DNA of 63,170 bases, the filler included, from Octopus bimaculoides (Eukaryota): NCBI RefSeq assembly GCF_001194135.2. It is 4 parts of 4 records of this genome, joined end to end, with 100 filler letters (N's around TTAATTAATTAA, not from the genome) between each part and the next. Parts side by side here need not be neighbours in the genome. Positions count along the whole stretch, not along the records: positions 24,499 to 46,725 come from NC_068982.1; positions 46,826 to 48,558 come from NW_026367128.1; positions 48,659 to 63,170 come from NC_069001.1; 1 more part is not named here. The stretch is one strand, 5' to 3'. This document shows positions 37,706-51,888 of the stretch, in pieces. Each line of letters opens with the position of its first letter. Position 1 is the stretch's first letter. The notes beneath the pieces were generated by a model that saw only the letters and a list, made by a program, of their open reading frames with translations, was not told the origin of the DNA and searched no databases. The translations under genes were made by a program, and so were the position numbers.

Positions 37706-38579
37706 TGACATACACACACACGCACAAACACAATATCCCCACGCTCAAGCACAAACCCCCACACATTCCAAGAAAAAACACATACATATATACACATGCA
37801 ATACGATTCTAGCAACCACAACTAACACTCACAGACACATACATACACACATAGGTAAACACGCACATGCACACACCTACAAACACCGCCTTGACAATTG
37901 CAAGACAGAATCACACAAAACACCCACGCATACACAGATACGCACACAAACACGCAAATAAAACACAGTCCCCCGTCACGCATATATACACACATACGTA
38001 CACACACAGAAACACAATATGCCCGTTCCCCAGTAAAACTCACACACACATACGCAAAGAAAAAGCACACACACATATAGACACGCAATACAATCCCAAC
38101 AATCACAACAAACACTCACAGACACACACATAGACACACGCACGCACACACACACAATAACACACACCACCCTGACAAATACAAGACACATAGGTACACT
38201 CACACGAAGACACCCAAACGTATGCACACACACTGCACATACAAAACACTCACAATAATACACTCAAACATATGCACGCACCACACAGAAAAATAACATA
38301 CAGACTTGCACTCACAAGTACACACACACACTTCGCTACAACAAATATAGCACACACATGTGCACACACACACACACCCGAAAACTACATAAACCACACC
38401 CACATATATATACACACATAAAAACGCATACTCAGTATAAACATGCACAGTACGTACACGCACACATACACACCACCCGGATAAACGTAACACACACGGA
38501 CACACAGAGAACCCATGACAAATGCAACACACTCATACACACCCACACATACATATGCACCCTAACACACGCATACGGA

Positions 38580-38612
<33 letters not shown>

Positions 38613-38745
38613 TATACGACAATTATAACACTACAAGCATACACAGACAGAGACGCACATGCATACTCACTTACACGCACATAACATCTCCACTAAAACA
38701 ACACACACACATGGACACACACAGCACCTTGACAAATACAAATCA

Positions 38746-38785
<40 letters not shown>

Positions 38786-38795
38786 AACAGGCACA

Positions 38796-38847
<52 letters not shown>
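37706..38847. repeat. Degenerate CA-rich low-complexity region following the Penelope fragment
   Basis: Directly visible composition. Confidence 0.85.
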
Positions 38848-40669
38848 NNNNNNNNNNNNNNNNNNNNNNNNNNNNNNNNNNNNNNNNNNNNNNNNNNNNN
38901 NNNNNNNNNNNNNNNNNNNNNNNNNNNNNNNNNNNNNNNNNNNNNNNNNNNNNNNNNNNNNNNNNNNNNNNNNNNNNNNNNNNNNNNNNNNNNNNNNNNN
39001 NNNNNNNNNNNNNNNNNNNNNNNNNNNNNNNNNNNNNNNNNNNNNNNNNNNNNNNNNNNNNNNNNNNNNNNNNNNNNNNNNNNNNNNNNNNNNNNNNNNN
39101 NNNNNNNNNNNNNNNNNNNNNNNNNNNNNNNNNNNNNNNNNNNNNNNNNNNNNNNNNNNNNNNNNNNNNNNNNNNNNNNNNNNNNNNNNNNNNNNNNNNN
39201 NNNNNNNNNNNNNNNNNNNNNNNNNNNNNNNNNNNNNNNNNNNNNNNNNNNNNNNNNNNNNNNNNNNNNNNNNNNNNNNNNNNNNNNNNNNNNNNNNNNN
39301 NNNNNNNNNNNNNNNNNNNNNNNNNNNNNNNNNNNNNNNNNNNNNNNNNNNNNNNNNNNNNNNNNNNNNNNNNNNNNNNNNNNNNNNNNNTATATATATA
39401 TATATATATATATATGGAAATCCGTTAGTTTTCACTTGGTTATATATTTGCAAGGCTATAAATAATATTTACGATCGTTGCTTGCAGAATTATATACTAG
39501 TAAAATTCACAGTTATACAGAAGAGACGGAAGCAGCCGCTATTGATAAATTATAATATAAACTTTCACTTGAGATGAGCAATATTAATTGTTATTGATTC
39601 AATTAACCTACAGTTATAATTTTTTCCATGATATAGGTCAATGCATATTGTTCAGAATTGGATGTGTGTTACAGAATACGGGAAAAAAGCCAGACAAAAA
39701 CACAATTCATTAACACATATGTGCTGTTGAATTTGTTCAATTATTCAATTGAAATTTAATCGTAATATGATATCTACGAATTGATTCAATAAAACCATAA
39801 CTTCTCAAGTTATATTTAGAAGATATTTTTCTGAATCAAATGTTATCGCTGACTAAGACTGGGCATTAACATTAATCAATAATTGTTTTCTACAATTTAT
39901 TTAGTTCTTTATTTAGATCTTTTTGGATCATCATCTTTCTGGACTAAGGAGTCATATTTTATCGATTTTCCGAAGAAACAGACTGATTTCAAAATTCAGA
40001 AAGTAAAATCAGTTTTGTTCACTTGATTATCCTCTAGCTGACTGAATGATATGGTTAAATAACTTTATCTCACCGATGTAATCAGACAACAACCCATTTC
40101 AACATTACCGTTCATTAAATAAAAGCTTTTACGTCACATATGCGAAAATTAGATTTAATGATTTCTTGATATCATTAACAATTTAGTGTTCCTATTGTTG
40201 TATCAGTATGGAATTATAAAAGAAACTTATTTTAATTGTAAATTAATAGAAGCTAAAGTTACTTTATTGATTAATGCATTAAAGCACCACAAGAATTCAC
40301 AATCATTCAAGCACTGAACTTAATGGTTTATCAATCTTTGTTGCACGTTACTTCACTTACCATGAGTAATGTTTGGTTGACCCACTTCTCAATAGTCAAG
40401 TTTAGTATGGTTTCATAAGTAACACTGTTAAATTCACATTTAAAAGTATAGCTAAGCTCTTACTATTAAAAATATGTTACAGAACAACCGAAGAAAACTG
40501 TTTGTCCGTATATATGTGTATGGTTTCCATTATCAATCCATTTCTAGTATTGCCTGCTACGTAAATGAAGATTGTAGCTTGACATATGCTAGAAGTAAAT
40601 ATAGCTTTATATAAATAATATACACGGCATTAACTATACTACTGTATAAATCAAAAAAGATCTAAGGAT

Positions 40670-40887
40670 CCTCTCGAGCCATCGGCTATGAATTCTGTGG
40701 TGTATGTATTTCCCCTGACGCGGAGCCGGACCGTCTCATGATTACTCATTTTTACTAGATTAGCGGAGCCATGAGCAACGTGAAACGAAGTGTTTTGCTC
40801 ATGATCACAAATATTCGCCCGATCTAGGAATGGAAATCATGATTTTACGATCATGAGTACATCTCATAGCCATTAAGCTACGCACTT
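40670..40887 (-). mobile_element. SINE family B copy, degenerate
   Basis: TTACTCATTTTT..GAGCAACGTGAAA..GTGTTTTGCTCA core, similar to 48383-48558. Confidence 0.6.
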
Positions 40888-41020
40888 CTGTTGTTCTGTA
40901 ACATACATACAGCAGTAAAAATCAACACGTGAAGCATCTCATGAAAGTGGACTAAGAAGACATACAATACGTACGGTGTTGCATAAAGAATTGAATTTTG
41001 GTCCGTGGAAACCCCATTAG

Positions 41021-41381
41021 GTGCAGGATCTAAAACCTGAAGACTGTGACCAAAGAAGTCCAGAACTCCAACGTTCAGATCTCACTCCATTTGAATTTTA
41101 CCAGTGGGGTTATACAAAAGAGTTGGTGTACAAACCCAAACCTCACATACTGGAGGACTTGGAGACAGGGATTCAGGAGGTTCTCAGTGATATCCCAGAC
41201 GACGGCCTTCAGAATGTTGTTCATTTCATCCCTGGCCGTTTGAGGTAACTGGTTGACCCCAGCGGTGCTTACGTAGAAATATGATGTTTTACCTTCATTT
41301 TCCCATGTAATAAAGATGTGTCATTTGTAAAAGGAATGTGGATTTTATTACCAATTTTTAATGCCTACTTAATTTTCACTC

Positions 41382-41385
<4 letters not shown>
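41021..41385 (+). mobile_element. Tc1/mariner-type transposase C-terminal fragment and 3' end
   Basis: SDLTPFEFYQWGYTKELVYKPKPHILEDLETGIQEVLSDIP...LQNVV...RL matches the SPDLTPLDFFLWGY..S.VY..KP.TLEEL motif. AATAAA follows the stop. Confidence 0.75.
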
Positions 41386-41425
<40 letters not shown>

Positions 41426-41471
41426 CATAATACAGGGATATATATATATATATATATACGAACAAATACAC

Positions 41472-41540
<69 letters not shown>

Positions 41541-42246
41541 TAGATAGATAGATAGGTAGATAGATACAAATAAATTCTAAATTTTCAAAAGCCGACATTG
41601 TTGCTGTCTACTCTCTTTGTTATGTAGCATGAAGATAAAAGCATGTTGATGGTTTGTAGTATGGCGCCCTACAATAGCCGTTAGTTGATGCATAATTTTG
41701 AATGGTCGTTTTTGACAAGTTTTTTTTCAATTTAAATTTGAATAGCAAATATGTCATAGGTGCAGGAGAATACAACTTTTTCATATAATCTCATAGTCTA
41801 TTGGATTCCATGCTTTTATATTTCAAAAATATTATTTTCTGTATTTATCCGTGTTTAGCCTATTGGTGTTATCACAATATTGATATAACAATAAAACATT
41901 GTATTCTGGGCATTTATTTTTTTTTCTTTTGCGTATAAGTTCAAATGTTAATGTTTGGGTATTTGTCTCGTATTGAGATCTCACACTTTTTGGCGATAAA
42001 CCGTCACTGTTTTGCTCGAGGTTATTCCCTTTTTTTTCGTTTTGTCGCATATAGTATTTATTACACTTATTACATTAAAAAACATATATCAGATTTCTTG
42101 AAAGGCAAGTGGTATGATTGTCCCTGAAAAAGGCTTTGCTGATTTAAACTAAAACATTTTGCCTTCATAAAATATTAATGAGTATTCTGCAGTTCGAACG
42201 ACAACAATTCGTTGGGTTGACAGTTGTATAATGTCTGCAATGGTCA

Positions 42247-42459
42247 AAGGCGGTGAGTTGGCAGAAACGTTAGCACGCCGGGCGAAATGCTTAGCGGTAT
42301 TTCGTCTGTCGTTACGTTCTGAGTTCAAATTCCCCCGAGGTCAGCTTTGCCATTCATCCTTTCGGGGTCGATGAATTACATATCCGCTGCATACTGGGGT
42401 CGATCTAATCGACTGGCCCCTCCCCAAACATTTCAGGCCTTGTGCCTACAGTAGAAAAG
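42247..42459 (+). mobile_element. SINE family A copy (full length)
   Basis: Complete head, B-box, body and AGTAGAAAAG tail. Confidence 0.9.
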
Positions 42460-42598
42460 TATCTTTAATGGAGAATTTGGCAGTAGCAAGTAAAGTTTAA
42501 TTTGGTTGTCTGTTGCTTTGCTCTTGATTTTTTTGTGTCCAAAGAAGGGAAGACAGAGAAAGAAAATCGCCAACGATGCACACGTATTGAAATGTGTA

Positions 42599-42630
<32 letters not shown>

Positions 42631-42841
42631 CACGCACGCACACAGTCTTATACATACAGCTGTATGCGTGTGTGTATGTGCGTGCGAGTATGTTTGTGTG
42701 TGTCTGTGAATGTGACTGCGTGTATTTGTTAGTAGGTATGTGTATTTACACGTGCATCTGTGTTTATGCAGCTGCCAGCAGGGTGGTGTAAATCTTGAGT
42801 TTAATATTAAATCATGCGTGTTTGGGTATGTGTGTGTGTGC

Positions 42842-42890
<49 letters not shown>

Positions 42891-43134
42891 CGTGTGTGTG
42901 AGATATAAAATCCGTGGGTCAAGGAAAGACAGACAAAGAAATACTTCTCTTCCTTCATGAAATGTTAATTGCAGGTCAATGCAATATCAACGTGTTTGCT
43001 CTCTACAGAATGCCAGTGGCTTTATAACAAACGGTACCGTTCTGCTGAAAGGCGTTCGAGGAGGATAACATAATGAGTCGGAATAATAAAGAGTATTCAA
43101 AAATATATGAAAAATAATGTAACACGTATTTTTG

Positions 43135-43333
43135 AAGGCGGCGAGATGGCAGAAACGATAGCACGGCGGGCGAAATGCTTAGCGGTATTTCGTCTGTGTT
43201 TATGTTCTGAGTTCAAATTCCGCCGAGGCCGACTATTCCTTTCATCATTCCGGGGCCGATAAATTAAGTTGCGAACTGGGGTCGGTCTGGACCCTACCCC
43301 GAAATTTTGTGTCTTGTCCTTAGAGTAGAAAAA
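43135..43333 (+). mobile_element. SINE family A copy (full length)
   Basis: Same features as 42247-42459. Confidence 0.9.
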
Positions 43334-43555
43334 AACATACATTTTTTAGTGTGTCGAAATAGTGAAAAGGTAGCTCTTACAGCAAAGACAATAAACAATG
43401 AAAGACTATTTTAATCATATGGCTCCGCCCTCTCTCTCCCTCCCTCTTTATATATAGGTATAGATAACACCTATATCTTTAGAAGTCTCTATTTTATCTA
43501 AAGCACACTTTCATATAAATCTGCCTATTAGTCTGAGGAGTGTGTNNNNNNNNNN

Positions 43556-43591
<36 letters not shown>

Positions 43592-46590
43592 AACATATTC
43601 AGGGAGATAACTCACATGCACCACATTTCGTTTTGCCTTTGATAGTATGGATGATATATAGGTAATAACAATCAATAATCATTTTAAAGAATTCAAACAA
43701 TGTAAATGCTTGCAATATTTCAAATTATTAGGACAGTGGTTCAACATATCCAAACACTATCGAAAAGCTCCGTTAGGAGTCAATTCAGTTTAACTGTACA
43801 TACTCACGCTACAAATCTAGGCGTCTATGATTTCCAACAACAATCATACTCGACTTTACTGAGGCGATTATAAGGTGGAACATTTTCGAGGTTGTTTCCC
43901 TACAACTAAAGATAGGACGCACTACCAAATTAATTTTAAATAATTTGCCTCCCGGATGTTGCCACCTCTGCCTTTCTTGACCACCGTTAGTAATTCACAT
44001 TTTTGATTCTTTTTAATTTGGGTGTAATTTTTATTCATTAAAATATAAATTGTTACAGTAAATCAGTTAGCACCTACAATATCGGTTATAAGTGATTTTT
44101 TTTCTTTTGTTCTCTCCTCATTGGCAATCATACTAAATTGTATTTAGCACACTCAGCTACTAATTATTATCTCCATTAATGAGTTCATAAGGTCTAGAAC
44201 AAGAAAATGTCTTAATATTTTAATTTGCAGGTGTGTTAATCACAAACTGGTTACTGGTATCATACTTGTTATAGATAAAAATTGTATGTGAGCGAAATTT
44301 AACAGTGTACGATCGTGAACCTAACTTATTCAGAAAACGTAGATTATAATGAAAGATATCAAACGTTCAAAAGTTTTGCAGCTTGTACAAAAGGAAAATT
44401 CTCATGAGAATAAATGTCTCATATCGATTAAATGGACATATTACTTACACAGAGGAACACTTAATGTCATACACAGCGATTCAAAATTCTAAATAAAATG
44501 TTCTCAAAGATAGAATGACGGTATAAATAAAATTACAGAAAAGATTTTCTTTACAACAAAAAAAATAAAGTACATTTAAAATAACGCAATTCTGTGAAAT
44601 GAGCTCGTTTAATGCAGTGAATAAGCAATTTAGCTTCGTTTTTACTATCCCAACAGCATACATACAAATAGATGATCTGCAAAAGTTATCTCATCCTAGT
44701 AATTTGCCTATAACTATACAAACTGTTAATTACATTGATAGAAACTTGTACTGTCTGTCACAGATTCAAAGCTTGGATTCAGCAAGAAATCACGATTATT
44801 TTTTTATCAAATCTTCTCAGAATCGTGCTAAAAAGCACTTCAGATATTCTTCAAGTTTCACTGGAAGTAGTAAAATCTTGAATAAGTTAGGAACATATAT
44901 GTCTTTTAGTCAATACCAAGCAGAGGAAAAGTTATAGATCACAGTCTTGTTTATTCGAATTTACATATCAGCAAAGTGATAGAACAAATTATCAAAGGGA
45001 AACCAAATACGTTCCGAGAGGAAATTGACTTTTTTTCTGTATTATTCACTTTCTATATGACCTATTACTATTATTTTTCAAATCATTAAGATAGCAAGGC
45101 GTTTAGCAAGCTGGGTTGGATGACTGGGAAAGAAGAAATATTGAAAGATAAGAATAATCTTGTCATTCTTCGTAGAAAGATTCTAAAAGGAATCATAAGG
45201 AGAGCAATTTGGCTGTGATTTCCTCTTGCTTAATACACATATTTAGGTTCCTATTAGGATGTTTCACACGAGGCATCACAAGAGTAAGTGGCCTAATATG
45301 CTCTATGTAAATATAGTTTGTGTTGGGAGCATATGTGCGACGTAAAGTAGTTAGAGACAGTGTCGGCAACAATGTTTAATATATTCGAAGAGATTTGAAT
45401 GCGTCAATAAATTTAGAGTTTATGAAGAATGGAACATTCTAACACTTCGTACTAAAGGTTTTCACAGTCTATTGAATACATGCAGACGCCTTTTGCTTCT
45501 AATATGATTGATTCTAAATATCTGTTTCATTCATTCGAAACAAACAATATTTTGGGGGTTTCCTAACAACTGAATATTTTTCCTACGTGCGGCTAGAGTT
45601 AGTCTTCCACCTTTTTCTATCTACCGGTTATCTGCTCCATTTTGCTTAAATACTCGGCTATTTTCTTTTTGCTTTGAAACATTGGATTTTTCCAGCATCT
45701 CAAAGCTATTTTGCATCATTCTCTTTTGTTCTCTTTTCACCTCAGTATTCTAACCCTCCTCATACTCTCTCTTTGTCTACTTCTCGAATTTTACAGTTGC
45801 TCGTTTCGCACACACTCAAATTCAATTCCTTTATCAGACTCAATTCACTCCACACTTCAATCGAACTTATTATCAACATGGTGTACCTAGAGCCAACAGA
45901 AAAATTGATCATAAGATAATGTTTCTCAAACTACGTGACATCGACATACTTCGAAAACTCAGATAACTTATTATCAAGAGAAACGCCATGGTTTAAGATA
46001 TAATTGGGATAGATGAAGGAATTTACTGCTTTTAGAGTCTAGCCATCTGTAGGGAAAATACTTTATTGGCTGATATCACCGAAGTAGATATTTGCTAGAG
46101 ATAAACCTGCTGAGACACTAACTTGGCTGAAGTGGAAAATACGAGAGTGAACTTGGCAATTATTAATATATGTGACAAAACGGCAAAGCTATTGTCATTT
46201 GAATGGCTGGTCAATAACAGGGTAATTATATGAACGATTTACTTGCTAGAAATAGTAACACACACTATATCATGCTATATTCTATTCCCTTTAAAAACTC
46301 ATTGGATAATATATTACTAGATATATATAAAATGACTTGTTCCTATTGACCATAGGTCTTGTCGATCAGTGCTGATCGGGCGCAAAGCGCAACACTCATT
46401 GAATAAGTGATGACAACTGATGTTAATTTTTAGTACAAAAGCTAAAACGACTAAAGCAATGAGTAATTATGAGATATGCATCCTGTATATTATAAACTTT
46501 TAAGACTTATGATTAATTTTAATATCAAACAGAAACATATACACATGAACAAGCACACACACAATACATATGCAATATGTGTGTGCGAAT

Positions 46591-46725
46591 ACACACACAC
46601 TCACACAAACACACACACTCACACAAACACACACACTCACACAAACACACACACTCACACAAACACACACACTCACACAAACACACACACTCACACAAAC
46701 ACACACACTGACACAAACACACACA
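46591..46725. repeat. 18-bp minisatellite (ACACACACACTCACACAA) x about 7.5
   Basis: Directly visible tandem periodicity that runs into a gap. Confidence 0.9.
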
Positions 46726-46969
46726 NNNNNNNNNNNNNNNNNNNNNNNNNNNNNNNNNNNNNNNNNNNNTTAATTAATTAANNNNNNNNNNNNNNNNNNN
46801 NNNNNNNNNNNNNNNNNNNNNNNNNTCCATGTACTTCTCAAGATTTTCACTCACTGTTCCCAGGGCTCCGACAATTATTGATACAACTAATACCTTCTTC
46901 AGCGACCGCAACTGCTTTACCTCCCAAGCTAACCGCTTATATCTATCGACTTTTCTTTCTTCCTTATCG

Positions 46970-47020
<51 letters not shown>

Positions 47021-47021
<1 letters not shown>

Positions 47022-47222
47022 GCGACGAGCTGGCAGAAACGTTAGCAGGGCGGGCGAAANNNNNNNNNNNNNNNNNNNNNNNNNNNNNNNNCGTTCTGTG
47101 TTCAAATCCCGCCGAGGTCAGCTTTATTTTTCATCCTTTCGGGGGTCGATAATTTAAGTACCAGTTGCGTACTGCGGATAATCTAATCGACTGGTCCCTC
47201 ATCCCTCCAAAATTCCAGGCGC
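47021..47222 (+). mobile_element. SINE family A copy (partly N-masked), directly after (TAT)n
   Basis: GACGAGCTGGCAGAAACGTTAGCA head and CATCCTTTCGGGGGTCGAT body. Confidence 0.85.
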
Positions 47223-47274
47223 TAAGGGTTATTAGTGCTAATAATACAGCTGATGAGATACCTGCTGTACACTG

Positions 47275-47370
47275 GGGGTTCAAATCGCGGCAAGTTCAAC
47301 AATGCCTTTCATCTTTTTAGGGTCGATAAAGTACCAGGTGAGCACTGGGGCCCATATACTCGACTTACAC
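47275..47370 (+). mobile_element. SINE family A fragment
   Basis: GGTTCAAATCGCGGC..GCCTTTCATC..GGGTCGATAAAGTACCAG. Confidence 0.65.
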
Positions 47371-47486
47371 CCCTCTGCGTCCTTAGAGATGATGGCTTTG
47401 AAACTGAATATTACAGCTCATAAGATCCGAGGTCTCTACGTTCTGAGGTTAAATATACATGTGTGTGTGTATGTGGGTGCGTGTGA

Positions 47487-47529
<43 letters not shown>

Positions 47530-48382
47530 TATATATAGGCGCAGGTGTGGCTGTGCGGTAAGAAGCTTGCTTCCCAGTATGTGTGTGTGTGTGCGCGTGT
47601 ATGTGTGGTAGCATATATATATANNNNNNNNNNNNNNNNNNNNNNNNNNNNNNNNNNNNNNNNNNNNNNNNNNNNNNNNNNNNNNNNNNNNNNNNNNNNN
47701 NNNNNNNNNNNNNNNNNNNNNNNNNNNNNNNNNNNNNNNNNNNNNNNNNNNNNNNNNNNNNNNNNNNNNNNNNNNNNNNNNNNNNNNNNNNNNNNNNNNN
47801 NNNNNNNNNNNNNNNNNNNNNNNNNNNNNNNNNNNNNNNNNNNNNNNNNNNNNNNNNNNNNNNNNNNNNNNNNNNNNNNNNNNNNNNNNNNNNNNNNNNN
47901 NNNNNNNNNNNNNNNNNNNNNNNNNNNNNNNNNNNNNNNNNNNNNNNNNNNNNNNNNNNNNNNNNNNNNNNNNNNNNNNNNNNNNNNNNNNNNNNNNNNN
48001 NNNNNNNNNNNNNNNNNNNNNNNNNNNNNNNNNNNNNNNNNNNNNNNNNNNNNNNNNNNNNNNNNNNNNNNNNNNNNNNNNNNNNNNNNNNNNNNNNNNN
48101 NNNNNNNNNNNNNNNNNNNNNNNNNNNNNNNNNNNNNNNNNNNNNNNNNNNNNNNNNNNNNNNNNNNNNNNNNNNNNNNNNNNNNNNNNNNNNNNNNNNN
48201 NNNNNNNNNNNNNNNNNNNNNNNNNNNNNNNNNNNNNNNNNNNNNNNNNNNNNNNNNNNNNNNNNNNNNNNNNNNNNNNNNNNNNNNNNNNNNNNNNNNN
48301 NNNNNCACGTTAAACTGAATTATGTTAAAATGCTGCAATGCATTTGCACATGATATATACATACATTTTTATTTTCGCCCCT

Positions 48383-48558
48383 TTTAAAGCCTAGCCAGGC
48401 TCATGGGCCCGGTTTCCCGGTTTCTATATGGCGTATGTGTCCCCCACCCCAGCTGGACGGGACGCCAGTCCATCGTAGCGTTACTCATTTTTTTGCCCGC
48501 TGAGTGTGGAACTGGAGCAACGTGAAATGAAGTATTTTGCTCAAGAACACAACGCGTC
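48383..48558 (-). mobile_element. SINE family B copy (head lost in gap)
   Basis: GGAACTGGAGCAACGTGAAATGAAGT..TTGCTCAAGAACACAAC. Confidence 0.8.
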
Positions 48559-48680
48559 NNNNNNNNNNNNNNNNNNNNNNNNNNNNNNNNNNNNNNNNNN
48601 NNTTAATTAATTAANNNNNNNNNNNNNNNNNNNNNNNNNNNNNNNNNNNNNNNNNNNNTATATATATATATATATATATT

Positions 48681-48915
48681 GTTAGCCTGGTATTTATTCC
48701 ACCCATCTCTTTTGCCAAACTGCTAAGTTGTAGGGATGTTAACAAACCAACATCAGTTATCAAGTGGTGATGGGACACAAACACAAAGAGACACACACAT
48801 GTGTATGTATATATGTGTGTATATATGTATGTATGTATGTATGTATGTGTGAGCACGCATGTGTGTGTATGTATGTATATATGTATGTATGAAGGGCTTC
48901 TTTCAATTTCCATCT
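48681..48915 (-). mobile_element. SINE family C fragment
   Basis: TTTGCCAAACTGCTAAGTT..AACAAACCAACATC body, a microsatellite and GGGCTTCTTTCA. Confidence 0.7.
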
Positions 48916-49499
48916 ACCAGGTGGGTGGTATCAAAAGGGTTAAAGCAACCAGATCCAGCCTCTCACACCTACCCTGCAATGTCATTCTAAAAATAAACAA
49001 TCAGCTCATTGAAGCCTTGAAGCTATGAGATAATGTATGATTATTTGAAAACAATGTGAATAAATAAGCATTACTTATGACAGAGAAATCTTGGTAAAGG
49101 GTCAAAGCTGAAAAGCAGCAACAACAACAACAACCATTATCATCATCATCATAATTCCTAACACCATTGCAACCACCACAATCACTATCACTAGAGCCCT
49201 CGTTACAATGATTGATCATCATCATCATCATCATCATCACCACCAACACTAGTAGATATTTCTTCCTCGCTTTCACCACTGTCCCCACCGCCACCACCAT
49301 CGCTACCACCACTGCCACCATCATCATCATCATCCTCACCATCGCCACCACCATCATTTTTCCCACTGACACTTCCACTGTCATCTCCACTGACACCTCC
49401 TCCACCACCACCACCATCACCACCACCATCATCGCTGTCCTCCACTAACACTCCTCCTCCTCCACTACCACCATTCATCATTCCCACCAACACCTCCAC

Positions 49500-49840
49500 C
49501 ACCATCATCATTGTCCTCCACTGACACTCCTCCTCCACGTCCACCATCATCATTCACACTGACACCTCCACCACCATCATCATTGTCCTCCACTGNNNNN
49601 NNNNNNNNNGACACTCCTCCTCCACGTCCACCATCATCATTCACACTGACACCTCCACCACCATCATCATTGTCCTCCACTGACACTCCTCCTCCACCTC
49701 CACCATCATCATTCACACTGACACCTCCACCACCATCATCATTGTCCTCCACTAACACTCCTCCTCCACGTCCACCATCATCGTCCTCCACTGACTCTGA
49801 TTCCTCCTCCACCACCACCACCATCATCATTGTCCTCCAT
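49500..49840. repeat. Compound minisatellite, about 72-bp unit (38+34 bp subunits), 3-4 copies, within an ACC/ATC-rich tract
   Basis: Unit ACTGACACTCCTCCTCCACGTCCACCATCATCATTCAC + ACTGACACCTCCACCACCATCATCATTGTCCTCC repeats in tandem. Confidence 0.85.
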
Positions 49841-50419
49841 TGACACTCCCCTTCCTCAGCCTCCTCCATCAGCACCACCACAACAAATTCATCCTCCTCA
49901 CCTTCGCTCACACCATCATCCTTATTGCACCCACCACCACCACAGCCACTAGCACCTCCACCACCAGCAACAGGCTCGTNNNNNNNNNNNNNNNNNNNNN
50001 NNNNNNNNNNNNNNNNNNNNNNNNNNNNNNNNNNNNNNNNNNNNNNNNNNNNNNNNNNNNNNNNNNNNNNNNNNNNNNNNNNNNNNNNNNNNNNNNNNNN
50101 NNNNNNNNNNNNNNNNNNNNNNNNNNNNNNNNNNNNNNNNNNNNNNNNNNNNNNNNNNNNNNNNNNNNNNNNNNNNNNNNNNNNNNNNNNNNNNNNNNNN
50201 NNNNNNNNNNNNNNNNNNNNNNNNNNNNNNNNNNNNNNNNNNNNNNNNNNNNNNNNNNNNNNNNNNNNNNNNNNNNNNNNNNNNNNNNNNNNNNNNNNNN
50301 NNNNNNNNNNNNNNNNNNNNNNNNNNNNNNNNNNNNNNNNNNNNNNNNNNNNNNNNNNNNNNNNNNNNNNNNNNNNNNNNNNNNNNNNNNNNNNNNNNNN
50401 NNNNNNNNNNNNNNNNNNN

Positions 50420-50576
50420 AAGAAGAAGAAGAAAGGGAAACAAAAACAATGATATAAAGAAAGAAAAGTAGGAATGAAAGAGAAGGAAAGAGAGAGATAG
50501 AAAGAATGAGAGAGAGAGAGAGAGAGAGAGAAAAAAAAGAGAGAGAGAGAGAAAAAAAAGAGAGAGAGAGAGAGAG

Positions 50577-50627
<51 letters not shown>

Positions 50628-50990
50628 ATGATAGAGAGAAAGAATGAAATAAAGAACAAGAATGAAAGAGAAAAAAGAAAAAAGAAAAGAAAGAAAGAAT
50701 GAATGAAAGAAAGAACAAGAATGAAAGAGGAAAAGGAAAAGAAAGAAAAAAAGAAAGAAAGAAAGAACAAGAATGAAAAAGGAAAAGAAAGAAAGAAAGA
50801 AAGAGGGAAAGAAAGAATGAAAGTAAGAATGAAAGAGAGAAAAGAAAAGAGAGAAAGAAAGAAAGAAAGAATGAAAGAGAGAACGAGAGAGAAAGAACGA
50901 AAGGGAAAAAGAAAGAAATGAAAGAAAGAAAAAAAATGGAGAAAGAAAAACCGAAAATAGAGAGAAATAAAGAACAAACAAAAGAGATTT
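50420..50990. repeat. Purine-rich (GA/GAAA)n low-complexity tract
   Basis: Nearly pure A/G on the + strand. Confidence 0.95.
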
Positions 50991-51429
50991 ACAAAGAAAA
51001 ATAGCGTTAGGTTACTTAATTCCCCAACAAATGTTCGTTTTGATTTAGCTTAGGTTTTTCTTGTTTTCTTTTGTCTTTTTTTTTTTATTTTATGTTATAT
51101 TTTTGCAATTTCACCTTTTTTTATTTATTTATTTTTGCTTTGCTTTTTTGTTTATTTTGGATTGTTTGTTTGTTTGTTTTGGCTTTTTTTCTTTGTTTGT
51201 TTGTTTTGGGTTTTTTTGTTGGTTTCTTTTTTAGTTTTGGAAGTTGCTGCTGCATTACAAAATGGCTTCATCCATACCATTCCATACCAATTCCATTCCA
51301 TCTGAAGAATTCAACGGTTCTTATTGATCCATTCTTTCCGATATTCGGGGAAAAGCAAAAAGCAACGCAAAAATAGCAACAAACGCAAAAGAACAGGGCA
51401 AACAGATAGCTTGACTTTGTTAGGAAATG

Positions 51430-51888
51430 TTATCACCGTTAATCATCGTCATCATCGTCGTCATCATCGTCATCAAGATCATTACCGTTATCATCATCGT
51501 TATTTTCATCATTATAGTCATTATCATGATCGCCATTATCATCATTGCTATCATCATCATCGCCGTCTTCATCAGCTTAACTATCATCATCATCATCAAC
51601 ATCGCTATCATCCTCATCAGCATCACCACTACCACTGCTATCATCATCACTATCATCATCATCGTCATCACTATCATCATCACCATAATTACTATCATCA
51701 TCATCATCATCACCATCACTGCTATCATCATCACTATCATCATCATTATTACTGCTATCATCATCATCACCATTGCCATCATCATCATCATCATTAATAT
51801 CATTATCACCATCATCATCATCATCATCATTACCATCATCATCATCATCATCATCACTGCAATTGTCATCATTGACATTCTCACTAAC
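51430..51888. repeat. Degenerate (ATC)n trinucleotide tract
   Basis: Directly visible; runs into a gap. Confidence 0.95.

Noticed and set aside
39917-40002. Plus-strand exon-like segment DLFGSSSFWTKESYFIDFPKKQTDFKIQK
   Set aside because: Isolated, unrecognised, moderate donor; cannot be supported without RNA data.
44599-44937. 112-codon plus-strand ORF
   Set aside because: No motif or compositional signal beyond being stop-free.
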